Shown here in pieces: positions 37,155-47,600 of a stretch of 64,000 nucleotides of DNA. Where the stretch lies: contig OY760937.1 of NCBI GenBank assembly GCA_963664225.1, forward strand, positions 2,784,001 to 2,848,000, in the 5' to 3' direction. Every line of letters begins with the position of its first letter. The first letter of the stretch is position 1. Position numbers and translations under genes: made by a program. This stretch comes from Verrucomicrobiia bacterium (lineage in GTDB: Bacteria > Verrucomicrobiota > Verrucomicrobiia > Limisphaerales > UBA1319). The notes below the pieces were generated by a model that was not told where the DNA came from, did no database searches, and was given only the letters and a program-made list of their open reading frames with translations.

Positions 37155-40100
37155 ATGCTAAACTTTATCATCAACTTCTCGCTCAAGAACCGTCTGCTGG
37201 TCTGCATTCTGGCGGCGGCGCTCATCGTCATCGGCGGGCGCAGTTTGAGCGTTCTGCCGATTGACGCCTTTCCGGACACGACGCCGGTGCAGGTGCAAAT
37301 CAACACCACGGCGGCGGCGCTGAACCCCCAGGAGACCGAGGCGCAAATCACGCTGCCGGTGGAACTGGCGGTGAGCGGATTGCCGGGCCTGAAGAACGTG
37401 CGTTCGATCTCGAAGTTCGGGCTCTCGCAAGTGGTGGCCACGTTCGACGACACGATCAACATCTTCAAGGCGCGGCAGCTCCTCATGGAGCGGCTCCAGA
37501 CGGTGGAGTTGCCGGAGGGATTGGAACGTCCGCAACTTGGCCCCATCGCCACCGGGCTGGGCGAGGTGTTTCATTATGTGGTGCGGTCCACGGACACGAA
37601 TCGCACACCGACGGAATTGCGGACGTGGCAGGATTGGGTGGTGAAACCGCACCTGCGCAAGGTGGCGGGCGTGGCGGAGGTCAACACTTGGGGCGGATTC
37701 GAGAAGCAATACCATGTGGTGGTGGAAACGGATCGACTCGTCAAATACCGGCTGACGTTCGAGGAACTGGTTGAGGCGTTGCAGGCGAATAACCAGAACG
37801 TGGGCGGTGGACAGATTGTGCGGAGCGGCGAATCGCTGCTGGTGCATGGCGTGGGCCTGACCACCAATGTGCAGGAAATCGCCAACATCGTCATCACCAG
37901 CCATGACGGCACTCCGGTGCGGGTGCGCGACGTGGCCACGGTGAAAGAGGACCACCAAATCCGCCGGGGCGCAGTGACGGCGGATGGCCGGGGGGAAGCG
38001 GTGCTGGGACTGGGTTTCATGCTGATGGGCGAGAACAGCGCGGTGGTGACGCATGCGCTCAAAGCCAAGCTGGCGGAGGTGCAAAAGTTTTTGCCGCCGG
38101 ACATCAAGTTGGAGGTGCTCTATGACCGGACCGAACTGGTGGACAACGTGATTCGCACGGTTGAACACAATCTGCTCGCGGGCGCGTTGCTGGTCATCGC
38201 CATCCTGTTTGCGTTCCTGGGCAACCTGCGGGCCGGGCTGATTGTGGCGGTAGCGATTCCGCTTTCGATGCTGTTTGCCGGCAACTTCATGTTGCAGGCA
38301 GGCATTGCGGCCAGTCTCTTGAGCCTCGGTGCAGTGGACTTCGGGCTGATCGTGGACGGCGCGGTGGTGATGATGGAAAACGCCATGCGGCGGATGGCGC
38401 TGCGCCAGCATGAGTTGGGGCGCGTGCTAACGAAAGACGAACGTGAGGAAGTGCTGCGCAGCGCGCCGCTGGAAGTGGCGCGGCCCGTGGCGTTCGGTGT
38501 GGGCATCATCATGATCGTGTTCCTGCCCATCCTCACGCTGGAAGGGATCGAGGGAAAAATGTTCAAGCCGATGGCGCTGACGTTGATCTTCGCGCTGCTC
38601 GGCTCGCTCATTCTGGCACTGACGCTGACGCCCGTGCTGGCGTCGTTGTTCCTGCCCAAACAGGTAAATGAAAAGGAACCGTGGCTGGTGCGGCTGGCGC
38701 ACCGGATTTATGAACCGGCACTGGGCCTAGCGCTGCGGTTTCGCAAGCTCACCGTGTTGGTTGCGGTGGCGCTGTTCATTGGGGCGATGCTGATTGCCGC
38801 GCGCATGGGCGGGGAGTTCCTCCCGAAGTTGGGCGAGGGCGCGATTGTGGGAACGACCGTGCGGCTGGCGGGCATTTCGGTGGACGAGTCGGTCGCGCAA
38901 AATGACCGGATTGAGCAAATGCTGATGAAGGAGTTTCCAGACGAGATCGAACACATCTGGACGCGGCTGGGCACGGCGGAAGTGGCGACCGACCCAATGG
39001 GGGTGGAACTGGCCGACTTTTTTCTGGCGCTGAAACCGCGCGAACAATGGAAGAAGGCGCGCACCCAACCGGAGTTGACCGAGAAGATGCGCGACGTGTT
39101 GAACCAGGTGCCGGGCATGAAACCCGCCTTCAGCCAGCCTATCGAGATGCGGCTGAACGAACTCATCGCCGGCATCCGGGGCGACATCGGCATCAAAGTC
39201 TATGGCGACGATTTGGAGGAACTGCGGCGGTTGGGCGGCGAGGTGCAAGCGGTGCTGGCCGGGATTCCGGGTGCGAGCGAGGCATCCGTCGAGCAGTTGA
39301 CCGGACAAACCTTCCTGCAAGTGCGGGTGGACCCGCAAGCCATCGCGCGCTACGGCGTGCCGACGCGCAATGTATTAAACGTTGTCGAGGCAGTCGGTTC
39401 GCGCCGGGTGGGCGACGTGCGCGAAGGACAGCGGCGTTTCCCGCTGGTGGTGCGTTTGCCGGACCGGCAGCGCACGGACCCGGACGCGCTGGCCGCGACG
39501 CTTATTCCGACTGCTGCCGGGTCGGTGTTGCCTTTGAATCAAGTGGCGAAAATCACCGAAATGGAAGGCCCCTCCACCATCAACCGGGAGTGGGGCAAGC
39601 GGCGAATCACGGTGCAATGCAACGTGCGCGGGCGCGACGTGAAAAGCTTCGTGGCGGAGGGGCGAGCGAAAATTGCCGCGCAGGTGAAACTGCCCGAAGG
39701 CTACACCATCGAATGGGGCGGGCAGTTCGAGAACATGGAACGCGCGAACCGGAAGCTGATGTTCGTGGTGCCGATGGCGCTGGCACTCATTTTCGTGTTG
39801 CTCTTCTTCAGTCTCAAGACTGTGCGCGAAGTGCTCATCGTGGCGTCGGGCATTCCGCTGGGATTGGTTGGCGGTGTGCTGGCCTTGTGGCTGCGCGGCC
39901 TGCCGTTCACAGTCAGTTCGGCCATTGGCTTCATTGCCTTGAGCGGTGTGGCCATCCTCAACGGTTTGGTGCTGGTGACGTTCATCAAGCAGAAACTTGA
40001 TGACGGCACGCCCTTGGAGCAGGCCGTGCGGGAGGGGTGTCTGGTGCGACTGCGTCCCGTGCTGATGACGGCGCTGGTGGCAGCGGTGGGTTTCATTCCG

Positions 40101-40256
40101 ATGGCGGTCAACGTCGGCGTGGGCGGCGAAGTGCAGCGCCCATTGGCAACGGTGGTGATCGGCGGCATCTTCACCAACACATTGTTGACATTGCTCGTCT
40201 TACCGGCGCTTTACACGCTGTTCAAGGGCAAGAAGACCGCCGAAGTGGAGGTGTAA
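37155..40256 (+). CDS. czcA: CzcA-family heavy-metal RND transporter (operon 2)
   Basis: PIDAFPDTTPVQVQINT, DFGLIVDGAVVMMEN, RLRPVLMTA, EVQRPLATVVIGG. Confidence 0.93.
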   Translation: MLNFIINFSLKNRLLVCILAAALIVIGGRSLSVLPIDAFPDTTPVQVQINTTAAALNPQETEAQITLPVELAVSGLPGLKNVRSISKFGLSQVVATFDDTINIFKARQLLMERLQTVELPEGLERPQLGPIATGLGEVFHYVVRSTDTNRTPTELRTWQDWVVKPHLRKVAGVAEVNTWGGFEKQYHVVVETDRLVKYRLTFEELVEALQANNQNVGGGQIVRSGESLLVHGVGLTTNVQEIANIVITSHDGTPVRVRDVATVKEDHQIRRGAVTADGRGEAVLGLGFMLMGENSAVVTHALKAKLAEVQKFLPPDIKLEVLYDRTELVDNVIRTVEHNLLAGALLVIAILFAFLGNLRAGLIVAVAIPLSMLFAGNFMLQAGIAASLLSLGAVDFGLIVDGAVVMMENAMRRMALRQHELGRVLTKDEREEVLRSAPLEVARPVAFGVGIIMIVFLPILTLEGIEGKMFKPMALTLIFALLGSLILALTLTPVLASLFLPKQVNEKEPWLVRLAHRIYEPALGLALRFRKLTVLVAVALFIGAMLIAARMGGEFLPKLGEGAIVGTTVRLAGISVDESVAQNDRIEQMLMKEFPDEIEHIWTRLGTAEVATDPMGVELADFFLALKPREQWKKARTQPELTEKMRDVLNQVPGMKPAFSQPIEMRLNELIAGIRGDIGIKVYGDDLEELRRLGGEVQAVLAGIPGASEASVEQLTGQTFLQVRVDPQAIARYGVPTRNVLNVVEAVGSRRVGDVREGQRRFPLVVRLPDRQRTDPDALAATLIPTAAGSVLPLNQVAKITEMEGPSTINREWGKRRITVQCNVRGRDVKSFVAEGRAKIAAQVKLPEGYTIEWGGQFENMERANRKLMFVVPMALALIFVLLFFSLKTVREVLIVASGIPLGLVGGVLALWLRGLPFTVSSAIGFIALSGVAILNGLVLVTFIKQKLDDGTPLEQAVREGCLVRLRPVLMTALVAAVGFIPMAVNVGVGGEVQRPLATVVIGGIFTNTLLTLLVLPALYTLFKGKKTAEVEV

Positions 40257-40286
40257 CTCGCGCAAACCATCAACGAAAGAAAAGTC

Positions 40287-40595
40287 ATGAAAGAAATCAA
40301 AGCCATCATCAAACCCTCGCGCCTGGAGGAAGTCGTCCACGCCTTGCGCCAAATCAAAGACCTGCCCGCGATCACTGTTTCGACGGCGAACGGATTCCTC
40401 GCCCAACACGGCACATTCGACCAGGTGGTGAAGACCAAACTGGAAATCATGGTGTCCGATGATTTGGTGGAAGCCGTCGTGCAAGCCATCCAGAAAGCAG
40501 CGCACACCGGCCTCGCCGGCGATGGGCGCATCTTCGTGATTCCCATTGAGGAGACGGTGAAGATTCGCACGGGAGAACGGGACACGCACCAGTAG
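40287..40595 (+). CDS. PII-family protein with shortened T-loop
   Basis: MKEIKAIIKP, KTKLEIMV, AAHTGLAGDGRIFV, KIRTGE. Confidence 0.85.
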   Translation: MKEIKAIIKPSRLEEVVHALRQIKDLPAITVSTANGFLAQHGTFDQVVKTKLEIMVSDDLVEAVVQAIQKAAHTGLAGDGRIFVIPIEETVKIRTGERDTHQ

Positions 40596-40610
40596 CCACA
40601 CCTTGAGTTT

Positions 40611-40922
40611 ATGAAAAACACAACCAAGTCCAAAAAGAACAAGAGCGGGCGAGAACCACAAAAGATACGGATCGAGTTCCACGCTGAACAGGCGCAAGCC
40701 GTGTCCATCGCCGGGACGTTCAATGACTGGCATCCCCAAGCCACGCCCATGAATCCTTTGGGCGAGGGCCGCTGGGTCAAGGAACTGGTGCTGCCGCCGG
40801 GCCGCTACGAATACCGTCTGGTGGTGGACGGCGAGTGGCTTTGCGACCCGGCGGAGACGGAGAAAGTCCCCAACCCATTCGGCGGCTGCAACTCGATTCT
40901 CATAGTGAGAGGTGGGGCATGA
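40611..40922 (+). CDS. stand-alone glycogen-binding (CBM48/AMPK1-CBM-like) domain protein
   Basis: VSIAGTFNDW, LPPGRYEYRLVVDGEW..DP, NPFGGCNS. Confidence 0.8.
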   Translation: MKNTTKSKKNKSGREPQKIRIEFHAEQAQAVSIAGTFNDWHPQATPMNPLGEGRWVKELVLPPGRYEYRLVVDGEWLCDPAETEKVPNPFGGCNSILIVRGGA

Positions 40923-41122
40923 AACACCGTCATCATGGTTTTGGAGCGCACTTGGAAGTTCACACGCAGGCGGTGGTTCGATGCTTGGTTTGTGCAAAAC
41001 AAATCCGCCCTGACGATGAAGTATTTGAGATTCATCATGCTGGCACTTCGCACCGCGTCTGTTGCCCGTCCTGCGCGGCAAAATTCGAGGCGTCGCCAGC
41101 AAGCTATATCGTCATGTCGTGA
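40919..41122 (+). CDS. small TRASH/YHS-like Cys/His-rich protein
   Basis: MKHRHHG, CLVC...CCPSCAAKFEASPASY; ATGA overlap with upstream stop. Confidence 0.65.
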   Translation: MKHRHHGFGAHLEVHTQAVVRCLVCAKQIRPDDEVFEIHHAGTSHRVCCPSCAAKFEASPASYIVMS

Positions 41123-41147
41123 GCATTCGCCCTAACTCGCAACTGTT

Positions 41148-41558
41148 GTGACAAACGCGGCTAAACAACAGGAACAAGTTCCAATGCGGCGAGCCTGCAT
41201 TCTCCACGCCGAGGACGACCGGTTCACTTCCATGTCCATTGCGCGATTGCTGACCCTCAAGGGATTCAAGGTCGAAAGCGCGACGAACGGCTTGGATGCG
41301 CTCACGGAACTCCTGTCCCGTCCCGCCGCCTACGATTTGATCATCACCGACCAGTCCATGCCCTCGATGACTGGCATAGAGTGGTTGCAGGGAATTCGTG
41401 AAAGCGGCTTTTCGGGGAAAATTATTGTGTATGCCGCCTCGCTGCCGGAGGACTTGGCGGGTCGCTTGCGGGAATTGGGTGTGGAAAGGATTGTCCACAA
41501 ATCGGAGAGCCTCCAATCACTCCTGGAAGCCATCCACGAACTGTTGGGAGAGGCATGA
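41148..41558 (+). CDS. single-domain response regulator receiver
   Basis: ILHAEDD, YDLIITDQSMPSMTG, conserved Lys. Confidence 0.85.
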   Translation: MTNAAKQQEQVPMRRACILHAEDDRFTSMSIARLLTLKGFKVESATNGLDALTELLSRPAAYDLIITDQSMPSMTGIEWLQGIRESGFSGKIIVYAASLPEDLAGRLRELGVERIVHKSESLQSLLEAIHELLGEA

Positions 41559-42117
41559 AGACTTCACTTCTTGTCACCTTTTCGCCGGTGGCGGAACTCC
41601 GTGTGCCGATTCAACACCGGCCACAATTGACCCGGCGCTGGCGCATCCGTGTTCGCAAACAAACATCCGTTTACCTCCGACGCTCTACGAGTGTATCGAG
41701 TGAATTGTCACTTCAAACCAGCCCTCGGAACGTGTGGTGAGTGCAAGCGCGTTGAATGCACCTGCACCTGCGAGCGTTGATGGATTTGGCGCGACAGCAG
41801 TTTCGCTCAACCGCGCCCCTTCAGGCTGACATCGCGGGCGTGACAACGTCCACAGCGCCGCTACCATCCGTAAGGCCCGACAAATCATGAGCGAGCCACC
41901 GTCCACACGACGGAACTTTGAAATGTGCAAGCCACCGCTAAAGAATCGCAACCTGCCGACAGCAGACCGATCAGGGTTTGAATAGCATTTCTCTCGTAAA
42001 AATGATGCAACGGACTACGGAACGGAGGTCCAGCCGCGCCACCGCGCGGGTTGTCATAAGTCCGTCCCCTCGTAAGATTAGTTTGAACATCTCTGGTTTA
42101 TTGGTTATTCTATTCCC

Positions 42118-42504
42118 GTGAATCGGCTGAAGCCATTTGTAACGTTGATCGTGTTGGCGCTGTGGGCGTCATGCGTGATTCGTTGCGAGGCCGTGAAGCT
42201 GGGTTGCTCCACAGCGCTCTTCTGTTGTAGCGAACAATCCGACGACTGCGGCGACAAACCCGCATCCGCCGATCATTGCGTGTGCAGTTGGATCAAGTCC
42301 GGCGGCATTATCTCGGAACAAACCGCTGTTCCCGTCCTGCATCCGGTTGACCTTGTGCTCGTCCAGTCACTTGTGGAATTGCAAGCTCCGCTTCCTCAAA
42401 CCCGTTCGGTCGAAGTGCATTCCTCCCTGCCTGAACTTCTCACAAGTTGGCAATTCTCCCGTCGCGCCGCGCTATCGCCGCGCGCTCCTTCGTTCGTTTC
42501 ATAA
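42118..42504 (+). CDS. Cys-rich exported leader protein with C-terminal RAP motif (leader 3)
   Basis: Hydrophobic N-terminus, RC, CC, HCVC, ends WQFSRRAALSPRAPSFVS; TTGAAC-N17-TATTCT at 42083-42111, 6 nt before GTG. Confidence 0.8.
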   Translation: MNRLKPFVTLIVLALWASCVIRCEAVKLGCSTALFCCSEQSDDCGDKPASADHCVCSWIKSGGIISEQTAVPVLHPVDLVLVQSLVELQAPLPQTRSVEVHSSLPELLTSWQFSRRAALSPRAPSFVS

Positions 42505-42597
42505 ACCGTCCCTCGCGGGACGTTCTCTGACGGAAGCGGTGTGCCCGCCCGCTACGAAGGTTTGATTCCCTGTTTGGTTTGGTTAGTTGTGATTTTT

Positions 42598-43908
42598 ATG
42601 AAGCGAATGTGTCTTGGCAGTCTGATTTTGATAGCCGTGCTTGGTGGCGCGGCGCATGGAGCGGAAACGAATAACGTTCCGATGGCGGTAACGGCCACAA
42701 ATGCCGCGACACTGGACGCCTTGGTCGCGGAAACGCTGGAGCGGAATCCTGAACTCAAATTCTACGAGGCCGAAATCGCCGCTGCGAAAGGCGGACGCAA
42801 GACTGCCGGGTTGCTCGCCAATCCTGAATTAAGCGGCGGCGTCGGCAACAAGACCATCCGGGGCGGCGGCGTGAATGCCGAAGGAGTCGCGTGGTCGGTG
42901 TCGGTCTTGCAGCCGTTCGAGTGGCCGGGGCGACTTGGACTGCGCAAGGCTATCGCCAACCGCGATATTGAACTTGCCGAGCTTGGTTACGCGCGATTCA
43001 AGGTCGCGCTCGCCGGGCGGGTGCGGGCGTTGGCCTATGGATTATTCGCCGCACAGGAAAAGGCGGCAGCCACACGCGAAGTGGCCGAGCGGTTCAAGGC
43101 ATTGCGCGAAGTGCTGGTGCAACGCGATCCCGCCGGACTGACGCCACTGCTCGAAACGCGCGTCATCGAGGCCACCGAACTGACGATGCAACGCAAGGCG
43201 AGCGACGCAACGCTCGCCACGCAATCGGCATTGCTCGAAATGAATCAACTGCGCGGCGTCGCACCGGACACGCGACTTGCAGTGAGTCAGACGCATCTGG
43301 CATTTCGTCCGGCGGAGAGCCTGGAAACACTCACGGCCCTCGCGCACACCAATAACTTTGAACTGCGCCTCCGCGCAATCGAACTCGCACAACAAGGCTT
43401 CCGCGTTGACCTCGCAAAGAACGAGCGTTACCCGGCCATCTCGCTTGGGCCGACGATTTCGGAAGAAAACGCGGGCGACCATGAGCGCATCATCGGCGTG
43501 GGCGTTTCACTCCCGCTGCCGCTGTGGAATCGCAACAAGGGAAACATCCAAACGGCGATGGCGCGGCAGATGCAGGCCGAGGTTTCGCTGAACGTCACCG
43601 CGCGCGAAGTCGAACGAAAGGTGATTGAGGCCGCGCTGACTTACGAAACGAAGCTGCGCCAGATGGCATCGTGGCGACCGGATTCCGTGGAACACTTCCG
43701 CGAGGCTGCTGAATTAGCCGACCGCCATTATCGGCTCGGCGCAGTGCAGATCAGCGTCTATGTCGAGTTGCAGAAGCAATATCTGGAAGCAGTCGAGAGC
43801 TTGCTCGACACGAAAAAGGAAGCCCTTGAAGCGGCGCAGAATCTTGAATTGCTCACCGGCCTGACCCTGCCGCTGTCGAGCACCACGACGAAAGAGGAAC
43901 AGAAATGA
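42598..43908 (+). CDS. TolC/CzcC-family outer membrane efflux protein (operon 3)
   Basis: Signal peptide, ERNPELK, GVSLPLPLWNRNKGNI. Confidence 0.9.
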   Translation: MKRMCLGSLILIAVLGGAAHGAETNNVPMAVTATNAATLDALVAETLERNPELKFYEAEIAAAKGGRKTAGLLANPELSGGVGNKTIRGGGVNAEGVAWSVSVLQPFEWPGRLGLRKAIANRDIELAELGYARFKVALAGRVRALAYGLFAAQEKAAATREVAERFKALREVLVQRDPAGLTPLLETRVIEATELTMQRKASDATLATQSALLEMNQLRGVAPDTRLAVSQTHLAFRPAESLETLTALAHTNNFELRLRAIELAQQGFRVDLAKNERYPAISLGPTISEENAGDHERIIGVGVSLPLPLWNRNKGNIQTAMARQMQAEVSLNVTAREVERKVIEAALTYETKLRQMASWRPDSVEHFREAAELADRHYRLGAVQISVYVELQKQYLEAVESLLDTKKEALEAAQNLELLTGLTLPLSSTTTKEEQK

Positions 43909-44621
43909 GAACCACCATTCTACTTGTGCCGTTGTGTTTGGCGCTGATCGGCTGCGGACACGAGGCATCAAAGAAAGAGGTGAGCGAGACGACAGGAAAA
44001 GGTTTGCCGACTTTCAAGGAAGGCAAAGGCTTGTCGCTGTCGGAAGAAACGCGGCGATTCATTGGATTGGAAATTGCCGAAGTGAGCGAACGCAAACTGG
44101 CAGGCCAGGTCATAACCGAAGTTCAGGTTTATCAGACCGCATCCAGTTCGGTTCAAGCCATTGGCCTCATCAGTCGGGAGCAAGCAAAGCTCTTGCAGCC
44201 CGGCCAATCCGTGTCTTTGGCGACCAAGGACGGCAATTCCACCGACGGCAAACTGATTCGCGTAGATGAACAAGTCCAATTGGCGAGCGGACAGGTGGAG
44301 CTAATTGTCGAGATTCCAGGAACGGAAAAAGAATATGCCCGCGGAATTTCTCTCACGGCAACATTCAGCGCCGCCAAAGAGGAAAACGTCACTGTGATTC
44401 CCCGTTCCGCGCTGCTGCGGGCTGCGGAGGGAGATTTTGTTTATGCGGTGAACGGCGACCACCTGACGCGCACAGCGGTAAAAGTCGGCGCTGACTCCGG
44501 TGATTTTGTTGAGATCATGGACGGCCTTTATTCCGGCGACAAAGTTGCAGTCAAGCCGGTGCAAACCCTCTGGTTGACGGAACTGCGGTTCGTAAAAGGC
44601 GGCGCGGCCTGTGCGGATTAA
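43905..44621 (+). CDS. short RND periplasmic adaptor-like lipoprotein
   Basis: Lipobox LIGC, VIPRSALL, VKVG...VEIMDGLYSGDKVAV; lies between czcC and czcA homologues. Confidence 0.75.
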   Translation: MRTTILLVPLCLALIGCGHEASKKEVSETTGKGLPTFKEGKGLSLSEETRRFIGLEIAEVSERKLAGQVITEVQVYQTASSSVQAIGLISREQAKLLQPGQSVSLATKDGNSTDGKLIRVDEQVQLASGQVELIVEIPGTEKEYARGISLTATFSAAKEENVTVIPRSALLRAAEGDFVYAVNGDHLTRTAVKVGADSGDFVEIMDGLYSGDKVAVKPVQTLWLTELRFVKGGAACAD

Positions 44622-44633
44622 ACGAGAACAAAA

Positions 44634-47600
44634 ATGATTAACCGCATTCTCGAATTGTCCCTTCGCCAGCGCGTGTTCGTTTTGATGGCGACGTTTGGGC
44701 TGATTGGCGTCGGCGTCTGGTCCATGCTGCGTCTACCGATTGATGCCGTGCCCGACATCACCAATGTCCAGGTGCAAATCAATACCGAAGTGGCGGCGCT
44801 TGCGCCGGAGGAAATTGAAAAGCTCGTCACCTTTCCCATCGAAACTGAAATGGCCGGGGTGCAAAACCTCGTCGAATTGCGCTCCATTTCAAAGTTCGGT
44901 CTGTCGCAAGTGACGCTGGTGTTCGAGGATGGCACCGACATTTATCGCGCCCGCCAACTGGTCAACGAGCGGCTGCAAAACACGCTGGAAGCCTTGCCGC
45001 CCCGCGTCCAGCCCAGGCTCGGGCCGATTACGACCGGCCTTGGCGAGATTTATCACTACGTCGTTGATTACAAGCCAGGCGCAACGAATAAACCCGCCAC
45101 GCGCTACGAGCAGCTGCTTCAACTTAAATTGATTCAGGATTGGACCATCAAACCGCTTCTGCGCAGCGTCCCAGGCGTTGCGGAAATCAGTCCTTCGGGA
45201 GGCTACGAAAAACAAATCGTCGTCCAGCCCGATCCGCAAAAAATGATGAGTGCTGGAATCGGCTTCGACGAATTGGCAGCGGTCATCAGCCAGAACGTGG
45301 AGAACGCGGGCGGCGGCGTGATTCAACAAGCCGGGGAACAGATTTCCATTCGCGGCATCAGCCGGGTGCAAACGACGGATGAAATCGCGAACCTGCCGAT
45401 TAAGTTCGGTTTCGCCAAAGACCCCATCAAGGTCAAGGACGTGGCGGAAGTCGGAATCGGCTCGAAAGTTCGCACGGGTGCTTCACTGGAGAACGGTGAA
45501 GAAACCGTGTCGGGCATTACGCTCATGCTGGCTGGCGGCAACAGCCGTCTTATTGCCCGAAGCGTGGACGCGCGTATCAAGGAGATTCAAAATAAATTAC
45601 CCGAAGGAGTGGAGATTCGCACCACTTACGACCGCAGCGATCTCGTCAACCGCACCATCAGCACGGTGAAAAAGAATCTCTTTGAGGGTGCGGTTCTGGT
45701 CGTCGTGGTTCTGTTGCTGTTGTTGGGAAACGTTCGCGCGGCTCTCATCGTGGCCGCCGCAATCCCGCTGGCGATGCTCTTTGCCCTGACCGGCATGGTG
45801 CAGGGCGGTGTTTCGGGGAATCTCATGAGTCTGGGCGCAATTGATTTCGGACTCATCATTGATGGCGCGGTCGTCATCGTCGAAAACATCGTCCGCCAAC
45901 TCGCCGAGAAACAGCATCATCTCGGTCGTCGTTTGACTCGCGAAGAGCGGCTTCACGTGGTCTTGAGCGCATCGAAACAAGTCGGCTCACCGATGTTTTT
46001 CGGCGTGGCAATTATCACCATTGTCTATCTTCCCATTATGGCGCTGACCGGCGTTGAAGGGAAAATGTTTCATCCGATGGCCTTGACCGTGATGTTCGCT
46101 TTAGGCGGCGCGCTTGTGCTGTCGCTCACCTTGATGCCCGCGCTCTGCTCGTTCATTTTGTGCGGCGACGTTAAGGAAGGTGACAACTGGGCGATTCGTG
46201 TGGCGAAGAAAATCTATGCTCCCGTCCTGCACGGTGCGCGGCGTTTCCGCTGGTTCACGCTGTCAGGCGCGGTGGGATTATTTGCGCTTTCGGTTTTCGT
46301 TTTCTCCCGGCTCGGCGCTGAATTTGTGCCCCAACTGGATGAAGGGACGTTCCTGATTCAAATGGTCCGCACCACCAGCATTGGATTGGATGCCGCCATT
46401 GACATGCAGGAGAAAACCGAGCGTGTCTTGCTGTCAGATTTCCCGGAAGTCGCCCGCACTTATTCGCGCATTGGCACGGCAGAAGTGGCGACCGACCCGA
46501 TGAGTGTCAACGTGGCCGATACTTATGTGTTCTTTTCTCGGCAGGAGAAGTGGCGCAAGGTCAATGGTCACACCATCACCAAACCAGAATTGGCCAACTT
46601 GATGAGTGAGGTGATCAGCAGGAAAGTTCCGGGGCAGGCTGCGTTGTTTTTGCAGCCGATTGAAATGCGATTCAACGAACTGCTCGAAGGCACGCGCGCC
46701 GACATCGCCGTGAAGGTCTTTGGGCCGGATTACGACATCCTCGAAAAGGGCGCCAAGGAAATCCGTGACATCCTCGCCAACATTCGCGGAGCGGCGGACG
46801 TGGACTTCGACGCACTCGGCAAAGCGCCTGCTCTGGAAATCACGCTGAACCGGACGAATCTTGGAAAGTTCAATTTCCGCGCGGCGGAAGTTAATAATGC
46901 CATTGCCACGGGACTCGGTGGTAAGACCGTCGGCACGATTGTCGAGGGCAACCGGCGTTTCGACATTGTGGTTCGGATGCCCGAAGCGTCGCGGACGAAG
47001 ATTGAGGGCTTGAAGTATCTCCCGGTTGACGGAAGGGACGGCAGCCTCGTCACGTTGGGGCAGCTTGCCGATTTCAAAATGGGCGAACAGGTGAACACCA
47101 TCAATCGCGAATCCGGCCAGCGGCGACTGGCGATTGTTTTGAATCTGCGTGGTCGCGACGTGGAGAGCTTCGTGAAGGAGGCGCAGGAGAAAATCCAGCA
47201 GGTGAAATTGCCGGAAGGTTACTACGTCGAATTTGGCGGGCAGTTCAAGAATCTCCAGCAAGCGCGGGCGCGGCTCATGATTGTTGTCCCGGTCGCTCTG
47301 ATTCTAATTTTTCTGCTGCTCTTTGCCGCCTTCGGCAGTCTCCGCCAGGCGTTGCTCATTTATTCCGGCATTCCACTCGCCGTCACGGGCGGAGTGTTCG
47401 CCCTCGCGTTGCGCGGTCTGCCCTTCAGCATTTCGGCGGGCGTCGGCTTCATTGCGTTGAGCGGCGTCGCCGTCCTCAACGGCCTCGTGATGATCAGTTA
47501 TTTCAACCAACTACGCGAAGAAGGTAAAGGCGTGGCGGACTCCGTTTTTGAAGGCTCGCTGACGCGTTTGCGTCCGGTGCTGATGACGGCGCTAGTCGCC

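Noticed and set aside
30345..38411. Long minus-strand ORFs opposite czcA genes (e.g. 31566-32924, 37158-38411)
   Set aside because: Antisense shadows caused by high GC3 codon bias
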